Below, one piece after another: positions 1 through 8,474 of a stretch of DNA of 64,000 nt. The notes below the pieces were generated by a model. That model made no database searches, was not told the DNA's origin, and saw nothing but the letters and a program-made list of their open reading frames with translations. A program made the position numbers and the translations under genes. The stretch covers positions 2,896 to 66,895 of the forward strand of contig JBCBIX010000001.1 in assembly GCA_038523965.1 (NCBI GenBank), in the 5' to 3' direction. The DNA is from Bacteroidota bacterium. GTDB taxonomy: Bacteria; Bacteroidota; Bacteroidia; Chitinophagales; Saprospiraceae. Every line of letters begins with the position of its first letter. Within the stretch, counting starts at the first letter, position 1.

Positions 1-1709
1 ACTACCTGGGTTTAGCGAGAGCTACTCTCGAAGACCAAGGGTTAGAAAGCGACGAAATTAGAGCGTTATACATTACCTACCTCTATGATCATGCACTTAC
101 TAATTACGACCAATTTCTAATTCATAATGCACAATCCTTACAAGAAGCAAAACGAAATATAACCCAATTGGACAACATGTTCCAATTTCAAGTCGATGAT
201 CAGCTGAGTGATTTTTCTGTTCAAAGCCTCCGCTCAAAGGGAACAGACTATTACAAATTAGGAATCGATATAGCCTACTCCCTTGGGGACATAGAAACGT
301 ATTGGACATACTCTGAGAAAATCAAAGGATTAGAACTGTTAGCTGCTAACCTTGCGAACCAAAATAGAACCAGCTCAACGGCAAAAAAGGAATTAGATCG
401 ACAAATCTTAGAACTGAATGCTCTGCTTGGCCTTGAGACATCTCATGATAAGATCGATAGCCTACGGCTGATTAGAGCGAAACTCAAACAAGAGAAAGTA
501 GAGCTCACTCGTCAGCTCGCCACTAATCAGCGCTCTTCAGCATACCAATTAGTCGATCTCGGTCGAATCCGCGAATCTCTGGATCAAAAGCAACAGCTGA
601 TCCAATATCAATCTGGACAAAAGCATCTGTATGGTATCGTTGTGACAGCGGATACTGCTATGCTGAAACAACTACTCACTGTAGAGGCTACGACGTCTCT
701 TACGAATGAGTTTGGGTCGCTGATCGTGGAACAAAACAGTCCAATTGAGAAGATCAAGACCTTAGGTTATCAAATCTATAAGGGACTTGTTCAGGATCTC
801 ACCTTGGGTAAATCACATACTATCATCATCCACGATGAAGTCACGACGGATCTTCCGATGGATGCATTGATCACGGATGGTGGTGAGTATTGGGTGCGAA
901 GCACAGCGATGAATACCACACCTTCGGGGTCATTCCTCATTCAGAACTCTGGAAAGCTGAAGTCTCTGCGACAAATCGAATATTTCAAACCTGCGTATAC
1001 TACAGCTACAGACTTACCTCCCCTCCCCTATACAGATGCTGAGTTAACCTCTGTCAAAGAAATATTTTCGGTGGCCTTAGTTGAAGGCAACAATTGCACT
1101 AAATCAGCTCTGGACAGCAGTCTTGTTGATGCTGCCGTTGTTCATTTTAGTGGGCACGCGATCGCTAATTCAACTGCAAGCGAACAGTCCTATCTCGCAC
1201 TATCCAGTGGGTCAAGCTTACAGGATAGGTTACTCCTTGGCGAATTGTATACCATGAGTACATCGGCTCAAATGGTGGTCCTTAGTGCTTGTAAGACTGG
1301 AATCGGACAGATCATCAAAGGGGAAGGAGCAGAGAGCCTTGCTCGTGGCTTTCTATATGCCGGAGCCAAATCCGTATTGAACACGCTGTGGAGCGTAGAT
1401 GATCGGGCGACAAGTCACATCATCTCTGGAACCTATGCTAATCTGCGAGAAGGCTACACAAAATCGATATCGCTGCAACAAGCCAAGTTGGCCTATCTCG
1501 ACAAAGCGGAATCCTATGAACAGCATCCTTATTATTGGGCAGGAATAGTGGTCACTGGTGCTGACACACCCATCAAGGTGTATCAAATCAATTGGTGGAA
1601 ACATCTTCTCTTGTTAATCATCTTGGCATTGTTGGCTGCATTCCTAACATGGCGACATTCCAAGCGACCATTCCCAAAAATCGAGTTCTTAGGTCAACCC
1701 TTGCAGTAG
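1..1709 (+). CDS. CHAT domain-containing protein (caspase-like fold), 5' end outside window, C-terminal membrane anchor
   Basis: Frame 3 is open from nt 3 with no stop before the listed Met at 168, so the gene starts upstream of the window. The C-terminal half carries the CHAT His/Cys signature (VVHFSGHA ... VVLSACKTG ... GFLYAGAKSVLNTLWSVDD). A hydrophobic helix follows (WWKHLLLLIILALLAAFLTW). Confidence 0.8.
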   Translation, partial: YLGLARATLEDQGLESDEIRALYITYLYDHALTNYDQFLIHNAQSLQEAKRNITQLDNMFQFQVDDQLSDFSVQSLRSKGTDYYKLGIDIAYSLGDIETYWTYSEKIKGLELLAANLANQNRTSSTAKKELDRQILELNALLGLETSHDKIDSLRLIRAKLKQEKVELTRQLATNQRSSAYQLVDLGRIRESLDQKQQLIQYQSGQKHLYGIVVTADTAMLKQLLTVEATTSLTNEFGSLIVEQNSPIEKIKTLGYQIYKGLVQDLTLGKSHTIIIHDEVTTDLPMDALITDGGEYWVRSTAMNTTPSGSFLIQNSGKLKSLRQIEYFKPAYTTATDLPPLPYTDAELTSVKEIFSVALVEGNNCTKSALDSSLVDAAVVHFSGHAIANSTASEQSYLALSSGSSLQDRLLLGELYTMSTSAQMVVLSACKTGIGQIIKGEGAESLARGFLYAGAKSVLNTLWSVDDRATSHIISGTYANLREGYTKSISLQQAKLAYLDKAESYEQHPYYWAGIVVTGADTPIKVYQINWWKHLLLLIILALLAAFLTWRHSKRPFPKIEFLGQPLQ

Positions 1710-1814
1710 GGTCTTGGAGAAAGAGGTTTTTGTTGTGACAACATTTGGTAGTACAACAAAGATTTCTTTGTGCTCCATTGGCTTATTCTATTTCCAGAGC
1801 ATAGTTTTATTCCC

Positions 1815-1880
1815 GTGAAAGCAAATGTCACTTATCGATTCTTCTATTATTTCTTTTTCTGTGCTCTGCGCAGGACCTGA
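1815..1880 (+). CDS. candidate Phe/Tyr leader peptide MKANVTYRFFYYFFFCALRRT (GTG start)
   Basis: Hand translation of frame 3 gives GTG AAA GCA AAT GTC ACT TAT CGA TTC TTC TAT TAT TTC TTT TTC TGT GCT CTG CGC AGG ACC TGA. It has seven consecutive aromatic codons and sits directly upstream of a terminator and the pheA operon. An alternative in-frame GTG lies at 1770. Confidence 0.55.
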   Translation: MKANVTYRFFYYFFFCALRRT

Positions 1881-1910
1881 ATATTAGGAGCGATAGTTGC
1901 ACCATATACA

Positions 1911-1947
1911 GAGGAGTCCTGCAGATAGCGGGACTCCTCTTTTTGTT
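1911..1947 (+). terminator. intrinsic terminator / attenuator hairpin upstream of pheA
   Basis: Perfect 9-bp stem GAGGAGTCC (1911-1919) / GGACTCCTC (1931-1939) with an 11-nt loop, then TTTTTGTT. It ends 15 nt before the pheA ATG at 1962. Confidence 0.7.
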
Positions 1948-1961
1948 AGAGCACGATCATT

Positions 1962-2822
1962 ATGAGACGACACACTCGAATTGTCATACAAGGATATCCT
2001 GGCAGCTATCATCATGAAGCAGCCCGTGAGTATTTTGGTGCCAGACATATCGAGTGCATTCCTGCGAGAAGCTTTGAGATCTTAGGACAGACATTACGTG
2101 AAGACCAGGGTTGTAACTATGCGGTTATGGCTATCGAAAACAGCATCGCAGGTAGCATACTACAGAACTATCGCATTCTCAGAGAAAATGAATTTTGGAT
2201 AAGTGGAGAAGTCTATCTCAGAGTGAGCCATCAACTCCTTGGGCTCCCTGGCCAGACGATCCAAGATATACGCACGGTAGAATCACATCCGATGGCTATC
2301 TATCAGTGCTATGACTTTTTGAATCAACACAAACACATTGGAGTGGTGGAGTCTGCTGATACCGCTCTATCAGCCCAGCGGGTAGCCGAACAAGGCCTCT
2401 CCGCGGTTGCTGCCATAGCGAGTCGGTTAGCCGCCAAAGAATATGGGTTAGAGATCTTAGCATCGGATATCGAAACATCCAAGGCCAACTACACTCGATT
2501 TTTCATTATCAGTCGCGAAGCGCAGTATGCCTCCCTCGGCAATGCCAACAAAGCCTCTATCTACCTAAGGGTGCCACATCAACATGGTAGTCTGCTAAAG
2601 GTCCTACAAGTGATCAGCGACGACAATATCAACCTTAGTAAACTCCAATCCTTCCCAGTAACAGGAGAGCTCAATAACTACTATTTCCATCTTGATCTGG
2701 AGTTCGAACATATTAGTCAGTATGAGAACTGCATCGACCAACTCAAATCGCTAACAACTGGACTTGAGGAACTGGGAGTCTATACCAAAGCCGCTATCTA
2801 TGATCATCAGCACGTCAAGTAG
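1962..2822 (+). CDS. pheA: prephenate dehydratase
   Basis: PDT domain (RIVIQGYPGSYHHEAAREYF, NYTRFFII) plus a C-terminal ACT-like region (ASIYLRVPHQHGSLLKVLQVISDDNINLSKLQSFP). It is the first gene of the aromatic operon. Confidence 0.9.
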   Translation: MRRHTRIVIQGYPGSYHHEAAREYFGARHIECIPARSFEILGQTLREDQGCNYAVMAIENSIAGSILQNYRILRENEFWISGEVYLRVSHQLLGLPGQTIQDIRTVESHPMAIYQCYDFLNQHKHIGVVESADTALSAQRVAEQGLSAVAAIASRLAAKEYGLEILASDIETSKANYTRFFIISREAQYASLGNANKASIYLRVPHQHGSLLKVLQVISDDNINLSKLQSFPVTGELNNYYFHLDLEFEHISQYENCIDQLKSLTTGLEELGVYTKAAIYDHQHVK

Positions 2823-3981
2823 ACTGGGAGAGGTCAAGCCATATTATTTCGCCACTAAGTTGGCGGAGATCGCCGAGATGAATCGCTCTGGAGAGCAAGT
2901 CATCAACATGGGGATCGGTAGTCCAGACCTCGCACCACCACCCGAGGTGATGAATGAACTGATTCGTGCGTCCACTTTGCCACGAGCTAATCAGTATCAA
3001 TCCTATCGAGGGTTGCCAGAACTACGCAGTGCATTCGCCAACCACTACCATCGTCATCTCGGAGTGGACATTGATGCTAATAAGGAAATTTTGCCTCTAA
3101 TTGGGTCTAAGGAAGGTATCATGCATATCGCGATGACGTTCTTGGAGGCTGGGGATGAGGCCCTAATTCCTAATCCAGGGTATCCAAGTTATCGGGTGAC
3201 CACAGAGTTAGCAGGTGCCACTCCTGTATATTATGAATTGAGTGAAGAAGGAGGATGGCTGCCCGATATTGATGCCTTGGTTCAGACCGATTTATCCCGA
3301 GTAAAAATCATGTGGATCAACTATCCAAATATGCCAACCGGCGCGCGGGCATCGAGAGAGTTCTTCGGTCACCTCATAGAGTTTGCTCGTAAGAACGAGA
3401 TATTGATCTGTCACGATAACCCTTACAATTACATTCTCAATGATCAACCGTTGAGTCTGCTATCTCTGCCCGGGTCAATGGAATGTTGTATAGAACTCTG
3501 CAGTCTAAGCAAGGCCTATAACATGGCCGGATGGAGAGTGGGAGCAGTATTAGGATCTCAGGGTTACATCGATGCCATCATGCGATTCAAAAGCAATATG
3601 GATAGCGGTATGTACCTACCTGTACAGATGGCTGCTGCCAAGGCATTGGATCTGAATGATGATTGGTTCGAAGAAATCAACGCGATTTATCGCGAGCGTC
3701 GAAATGAAGTCTACAAGATCTTTGATCTTCTGGATTGTACCTACAAAAGGGATGGTGCAGGTTTGTTTGTCTGGGCTAAGGCACCTGACTATATCGCCGA
3801 TGTTCCATCCTGGGTTGATGAAATGTTGCATGTCTCACGGACCTTCATCACACCTGGTTTCATATTTGGAGATCGAGGGGAGCGCTATCTGAGAATCGCT
3901 CTATGCAGTCCTATTGAGGTTTATCGCGAAGCATTTTCGCGTCTTGAGACAAGATTTGTAAAGTCAATCGCTGAGGTATGA
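2800..3981 (+). CDS. class I/II PLP-dependent aminotransferase (probable aromatic/prephenate aminotransferase)
   Basis: INMGIGSPDL, NPGYPSY and the PLP-lysine motif SLSKAYNMAGWRVGA. I prefer the Met at 2800 over the ORF-track start at 2764. The gene overlaps the pheA end and the tyrA start (ATGA at 3978), consistent with an operon. Confidence 0.85.
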   Translation: MIISTSSRLGEVKPYYFATKLAEIAEMNRSGEQVINMGIGSPDLAPPPEVMNELIRASTLPRANQYQSYRGLPELRSAFANHYHRHLGVDIDANKEILPLIGSKEGIMHIAMTFLEAGDEALIPNPGYPSYRVTTELAGATPVYYELSEEGGWLPDIDALVQTDLSRVKIMWINYPNMPTGARASREFFGHLIEFARKNEILICHDNPYNYILNDQPLSLLSLPGSMECCIELCSLSKAYNMAGWRVGAVLGSQGYIDAIMRFKSNMDSGMYLPVQMAAAKALDLNDDWFEEINAIYRERRNEVYKIFDLLDCTYKRDGAGLFVWAKAPDYIADVPSWVDEMLHVSRTFITPGFIFGDRGERYLRIALCSPIEVYREAFSRLETRFVKSIAEV

Positions 3982-4844
3982 GAGTTGGAATCATCGGCTT
4001 AGGTCTAATCGGTGGGTCTTTGGCAAGAGATCTCAGGGGACGGGAGCATGAAGTGAAGGGCTATGATATCAATCCTATTCATGCTGATCAGGCCGTAGAC
4101 TATGGACTTATAGAAGAGTCCATGGAGTTGGCTGAATTGGCATCATGGAGTGAATTTGTCATCGTCGCTGTCACCGTGAAACATACCGCAGAAATTATCC
4201 GTGAGGTTTTAGACCTGATGAAATGGTCTACGGTCGTCATTGATGTGGCGTCGACGAAGGAGAGCATCTGCCAGAAAGTAAGAAGTCATACCAAGAGAGG
4301 ACGCTATGTCGCCTGTCATCCGTTAGCGGGTACAGAATTCAGCGGGCCCAAGGCTGCGATCGAGTCCCTTTTTGAACAAAAGAAAAATATCATCTGCGAG
4401 GAGCACGCTTCTGATGAGGACGCCCTCGAGATCGCTATCGATCTGCTATCCAGCATCGGGCTTCAACATATGTATATGGATCCTAAGCAACACGATAAGC
4501 ACATGGCTTATGTGTCGCATCTGTCGCATGTAAGTGCCTTCACGCTTAGTACTACAGTGCTGGATATCGAGCAAGACCAGAAACAAATCTTTAATCTCGC
4601 GAGTACAGGGTTCGCCTCCACCGTACGTCTGGCCAAAAGTAATCCTGCAACATGGGCATCGATCTTTGCGGACAATGCAGATCACCTGCTTACTGCGTTG
4701 GATTCATATATCAACGAATTGGCTGAGATGCGCGAGATGATCGCTAACGATGATCAAGAAGGAATCATGAATAAAATCGAAGCTTCCAATGCTATTAGGA
4801 GAGTACTCAACGGCATGAAGCATAATATTGTCAAAGTGAGCTAA
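3978..4844 (+). CDS. tyrA: prephenate dehydrogenase
   Basis: N-terminal Rossmann motif MRVGIIGLGLIGGSLARDL, then HPLAGTEFSGP and the typical TyrA length. Confidence 0.9.
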   Translation: MRVGIIGLGLIGGSLARDLRGREHEVKGYDINPIHADQAVDYGLIEESMELAELASWSEFVIVAVTVKHTAEIIREVLDLMKWSTVVIDVASTKESICQKVRSHTKRGRYVACHPLAGTEFSGPKAAIESLFEQKKNIICEEHASDEDALEIAIDLLSSIGLQHMYMDPKQHDKHMAYVSHLSHVSAFTLSTTVLDIEQDQKQIFNLASTGFASTVRLAKSNPATWASIFADNADHLLTALDSYINELAEMREMIANDDQEGIMNKIEASNAIRRVLNGMKHNIVKVS

Positions 4845-4865
4845 ACGAACCAATCACACCACCTT

Positions 4866-5957
4866 ATGGAAACACTAACCGCTAATCCTACAGAACGTCG
4901 CAACTGGTTTCGCAAGACCAAATATCCCACTGTCATCGCAGGACCATGCAGCGCCGAAACAGAAGAACAAGTATTCGAAACGTGCCGAGCCATCGCCGCA
5001 TCTGGCAAGGCGGATATCCTCCGAGCTGGTATCTGGAAGCCAAGGACCCGACCGGGTACATTCGAAGGTATCGGCATCAAGGGATTGCCCTGGATGCGAC
5101 AGATGAAAATGGAAACTGGCATGCCTGTCACGGTAGAATGTGCCAAGGCTGGGCACGTCGAAGCTTGTTTGGAGTTTGATATTGACATCATCTGGATTGG
5201 CGCACGTACCTCTGTAAATCCATTTGCTGTACAGGAGATCGCCGAAGCTGTACGTGGGGTAGAGGTTCCTATCCTCGTCAAAAACCCTATCAATCCCGAT
5301 ATCGCACTATGGATGGGAGCAGTCGAGAGGTTCGAACGTGTCGGTATCAAGGATATCGGTGTCATCCACCGAGGATTTAGTAATACCGCGGAGAAGGTCT
5401 ATCGGAATCGTCCAGAGTGGCAGATGGCCATCGATTTTATGACTAAACGTCCAGAACTGCCCATGATCTGTGATCCAAGCCATATCTGTGGTAACCGCCA
5501 CATGCTGAAAGCTGTCTCTCAGAAGGCTGTTGATCTCAACTACGATGGGCTCATGATCGAAACGCACAGAGATCCAGACAATGCCTGGTCAGATGCTAAG
5601 CAACAGATCACGCCAGAGGTCTTGCACCAGATGATTACCGATCTCGTACTCCGCACTAATATGGAAGATGACAAGTCATCGCAAGGCAGTTTGAACTTCC
5701 TTAGACAAGAAATCAATCAGATCGATCAAGACTTGATCAATCTCCTCGGCGAACGCATGGGTATCGCAAGGAAAATCGGCGAATACAAAAAAGCCAATGA
5801 CATGACGATCCTGCAACCAAAGCGTTGGGGTGAGATCCTGGAGAAGGCCGAAAAGATGGGCACGGACAATGACTTAAGTACCGACTTCATCTCCAAGCTA
5901 CTCAGAGCGATCCATGACGAAAGCATCGATCAGCAAGAAAAGATCATGCTCGGGTAG
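4866..5957 (+). CDS. bifunctional 3-deoxy-7-phosphoheptulonate (DAHP) synthase / chorismate mutase
   Basis: Type I-beta DAHP synthase core (VIAGPCSAE ... ILRAGIWKPRTRPG ... CDPSH). The C-terminal AroQ chorismate mutase helix region is LRQEINQIDQDLINLLGERMGIARKIGEYK. Confidence 0.9.
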   Translation: METLTANPTERRNWFRKTKYPTVIAGPCSAETEEQVFETCRAIAASGKADILRAGIWKPRTRPGTFEGIGIKGLPWMRQMKMETGMPVTVECAKAGHVEACLEFDIDIIWIGARTSVNPFAVQEIAEAVRGVEVPILVKNPINPDIALWMGAVERFERVGIKDIGVIHRGFSNTAEKVYRNRPEWQMAIDFMTKRPELPMICDPSHICGNRHMLKAVSQKAVDLNYDGLMIETHRDPDNAWSDAKQQITPEVLHQMITDLVLRTNMEDDKSSQGSLNFLRQEINQIDQDLINLLGERMGIARKIGEYKKANDMTILQPKRWGEILEKAEKMGTDNDLSTDFISKLLRAIHDESIDQQEKIMLG

Positions 5958-5971
5958 TTGCATGCGGGGCT

Positions 5972-7138
5972 TTAGACCTTAATTCGATAAATCAATGTAC
6001 CGCATTGGTCGGCCCCTGGTTCTGCCTTAAAGGTGAACTGTTTGGCCTTCCGCAGTGCCAGTGATGTCAGTGAGCTTCGAAAGATCGTCGATTGATCGCG
6101 ATTAAATTCGGCATCCGTAACTCGACCATTGGCACTCACACAGATATCAATGACGACCAGTCCGTCTCGATCTGACAACATGAATATGGCCGGCTTGTAA
6201 TCCAGTTTTCGATTACCAAGGCCATTGGTTATAGATACGACCAGTCCTTCATCAATGGTATAGTCTTGCGACGCCTCGAGATCTTCTTCGACAACAGCCT
6301 CTGGAGGTGCAGGAGAAGTTGACACCTCGTCTGGATCTGTACCCAAGTTGATATCCGTGGGCTCCACCTCTCCTGTTTGCTCGTCATAGACATCCGTCGG
6401 GTCTTCCGAGGCATCCTGTTCTACAGCTTCGGTACTACCGGGCTCATCTTCAATCATGTCAAATGGATCTGTCGCCTCATCATCGACCGCACGGGGTGCT
6501 GGGTCAGCAGGTTTATTTTGAGGGTCTGGAGTTTGTGGTACTGATGTTGGGCTTGGCGTTGAGGTCTGAGATGAGGACAATACTTCCTCCTCACGAGGTG
6601 TGGTGTCGATCCAGTCTGAGATACCTCCACATATGCGTCTTACTTCCCGATTAGCTTTTGCATAGCCAAGCAACGCTGCTTGTGCATAATGTCGACATGC
6701 ATCACCCTTTTCTCCTCTATCAAAATCAATCTCACCAGCCATATAATGAATCTCGGGGTCGTACGGATCCATCTCCAGTCCTACAGAGGCATAGTTCTCT
6801 GCCGCTATCAAGTTGTCTAACTTATGCTCTGTCTTGATCATCATTTGGATGAGCTCTTTTGTTATACCAACCGCCTCGATATGCTTGATGGCATCCATCT
6901 TGGTTCCCTTGAATGCTCCCAGCTCGTATTTCGTTTGGCCACTCAGTAGGATGGCAGGACCGAATGATGGATCGATATCTAAGATTCTATTGCACATTCG
7001 TACCGCCTCGTCATAGCGACCTTGATCATAGAGTTGCTGCCCCTCCAGCAGCATCTCACGGACCTCTGTAGACTGTGCGTCCACGATGTGAATGGCAAGC
7101 GAGAGAGATAGAAGTAGGGTTAGTAGTCGTCGGGACAT
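5972..7138 (-). CDS. secreted TPR protein with acidic/Pro-rich linker and TonB-C-like C-terminal domain
   Basis: I prefer the Met at 7138, which gives the signal peptide MSRRLLTLLLSLSLAIHIVDAQ. The N-terminal part is TPR-like (YDEAVRMCNRILDIDP). The centre is low-complexity (PSPTSVPQTPDPQNKPADPAP, D/E-rich). The roughly 90-aa C-terminal beta-rich domain resembles TonB C-termini. Confidence 0.6.
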   Translation of the reverse strand: MSRRLLTLLLSLSLAIHIVDAQSTEVREMLLEGQQLYDQGRYDEAVRMCNRILDIDPSFGPAILLSGQTKYELGAFKGTKMDAIKHIEAVGITKELIQMMIKTEHKLDNLIAAENYASVGLEMDPYDPEIHYMAGEIDFDRGEKGDACRHYAQAALLGYAKANREVRRICGGISDWIDTTPREEEVLSSSQTSTPSPTSVPQTPDPQNKPADPAPRAVDDEATDPFDMIEDEPGSTEAVEQDASEDPTDVYDEQTGEVEPTDINLGTDPDEVSTSPAPPEAVVEEDLEASQDYTIDEGLVVSITNGLGNRKLDYKPAIFMLSDRDGLVVIDICVSANGRVTDAEFNRDQSTIFRSSLTSLALRKAKQFTFKAEPGADQCGTLIYRIKV

Positions 7139-7273
7139 ATAGTATGATTTTGTCATGTCAAAAATAAAGGCTTCACCGCACGGCTCATGCAGAGAAACCA
7201 TATTGGAGACGAGATTTCTCGAAGAATTCTACATCTTCCTTTGGTAATTATTGGTTAAACAATCAAAGCATCC

Positions 7274-8455
7274 ATGAATCCAGTTTACATCGTCGCAGCT
7301 AAGCGAACTCCATTAGGAAGTTTTGGTGGTAGCCTTTCATCACTGAGTGCTACAGAACTTGGTGCACAGTCTGTCAAATCCACTTTAGAAAGTCTGGATG
7401 TAGGTCCCTTATCAGTGGATGAAGTCTTCTATGGTAATGTGTGCCAAGCCAATCTTGGTCAGGCTCCTGCACGTCAAATTGCTATTGGAGCGGGTATTTC
7501 CCATAACGTACCATGTACTACCATCAACAAGGTCTGCTCCTCAGGTATGAAAGCTGTGATGTTCGGAGCACAATCGATCATGCTCGCTCAGCACGATGTT
7601 GTCGTCTGTGGAGGAGTTGAATCCATGAGTAATGTCCCATTCTATCTACCACATCAGCGATGGGGTACCAAGTATGGTCACCAACAGACGATCGATGGTC
7701 TTCAGAAAGATGGACTTACCGACGCCTACAATCATCAGGCGATGGGAAATAGCGGAGATCTGACAGCAGCCAAATATGGATTCTCGAGAGAGGAGCAGGA
7801 TGCATATGCTGTTCAATCTTATCACAGAGCAGCCAAGGCAACAGATGATGGCGCGTTCCAAGAGGAGATCGCAGCAGTACTTGTACCACAACGCAAGGGC
7901 GATGATATCGTAGTGTCTACAGATGAAGAGTACCTCAAAGTGAACTTTGATAAAATTCCGAAGCTGCGTCCTGCATTCAGCAAAGAGGGGACGGTAACGG
8001 CGGCGAATGCAAGCACTCTGAATGATGGAGCAGCGACCATCATCCTCATGAGTGAAAAAGCTGTAAAAGAGTACGATGTAACTCCATTAGCTCAGATTAT
8101 GTCGTTTGCAGACGCTGCCCATGAGCCCGAATGGTTCACAACAGCTCCTTCCAAGGCAGCACCTATCGCTACTAAAAGGGCAGGATTATCCATGTCAGAT
8201 ATCGATCTTTACGAAGTGAATGAAGCCTTTGCAGTTGTTCCGATGGCATTCGCACAGTCTTGTGAGCTCGATATGTCTAAGATCAATGTACACGGCGGAG
8301 CCGTATCACTGGGGCATCCTCTGGGTTGCTCAGGTGCAAGGATCATCACCACACTCGTCCATGCTCTCAGACATCACAACCAGACCAACGGCTTAGCGAC
8401 CCTCTGCAATGGCGGCGGTGGTGCAAGCGCCATCGTTATAAAAAGACTCCATTAA
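7274..8455 (+). CDS. acetyl-CoA C-acetyltransferase (thiolase II)
   Basis: Thiolase motifs: NKVCSSGMKAV (active-site Cys), NEAFA, GHPLGCSGARI, CNGGGGASA. Confidence 0.92.
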   Translation: MNPVYIVAAKRTPLGSFGGSLSSLSATELGAQSVKSTLESLDVGPLSVDEVFYGNVCQANLGQAPARQIAIGAGISHNVPCTTINKVCSSGMKAVMFGAQSIMLAQHDVVVCGGVESMSNVPFYLPHQRWGTKYGHQQTIDGLQKDGLTDAYNHQAMGNSGDLTAAKYGFSREEQDAYAVQSYHRAAKATDDGAFQEEIAAVLVPQRKGDDIVVSTDEEYLKVNFDKIPKLRPAFSKEGTVTAANASTLNDGAATIILMSEKAVKEYDVTPLAQIMSFADAAHEPEWFTTAPSKAAPIATKRAGLSMSDIDLYEVNEAFAVVPMAFAQSCELDMSKINVHGGAVSLGHPLGCSGARIITTLVHALRHHNQTNGLATLCNGGGGASAIVIKRLH

Positions 8456-8474
8456 TCTCTCAAGCTATCAGATC

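Noticed and set aside
4841-5365. 174-aa minus-strand ORF.
   Set aside because: It lies entirely antisense within the well-supported DAHP synthase gene. Its translation has no recognisable features.
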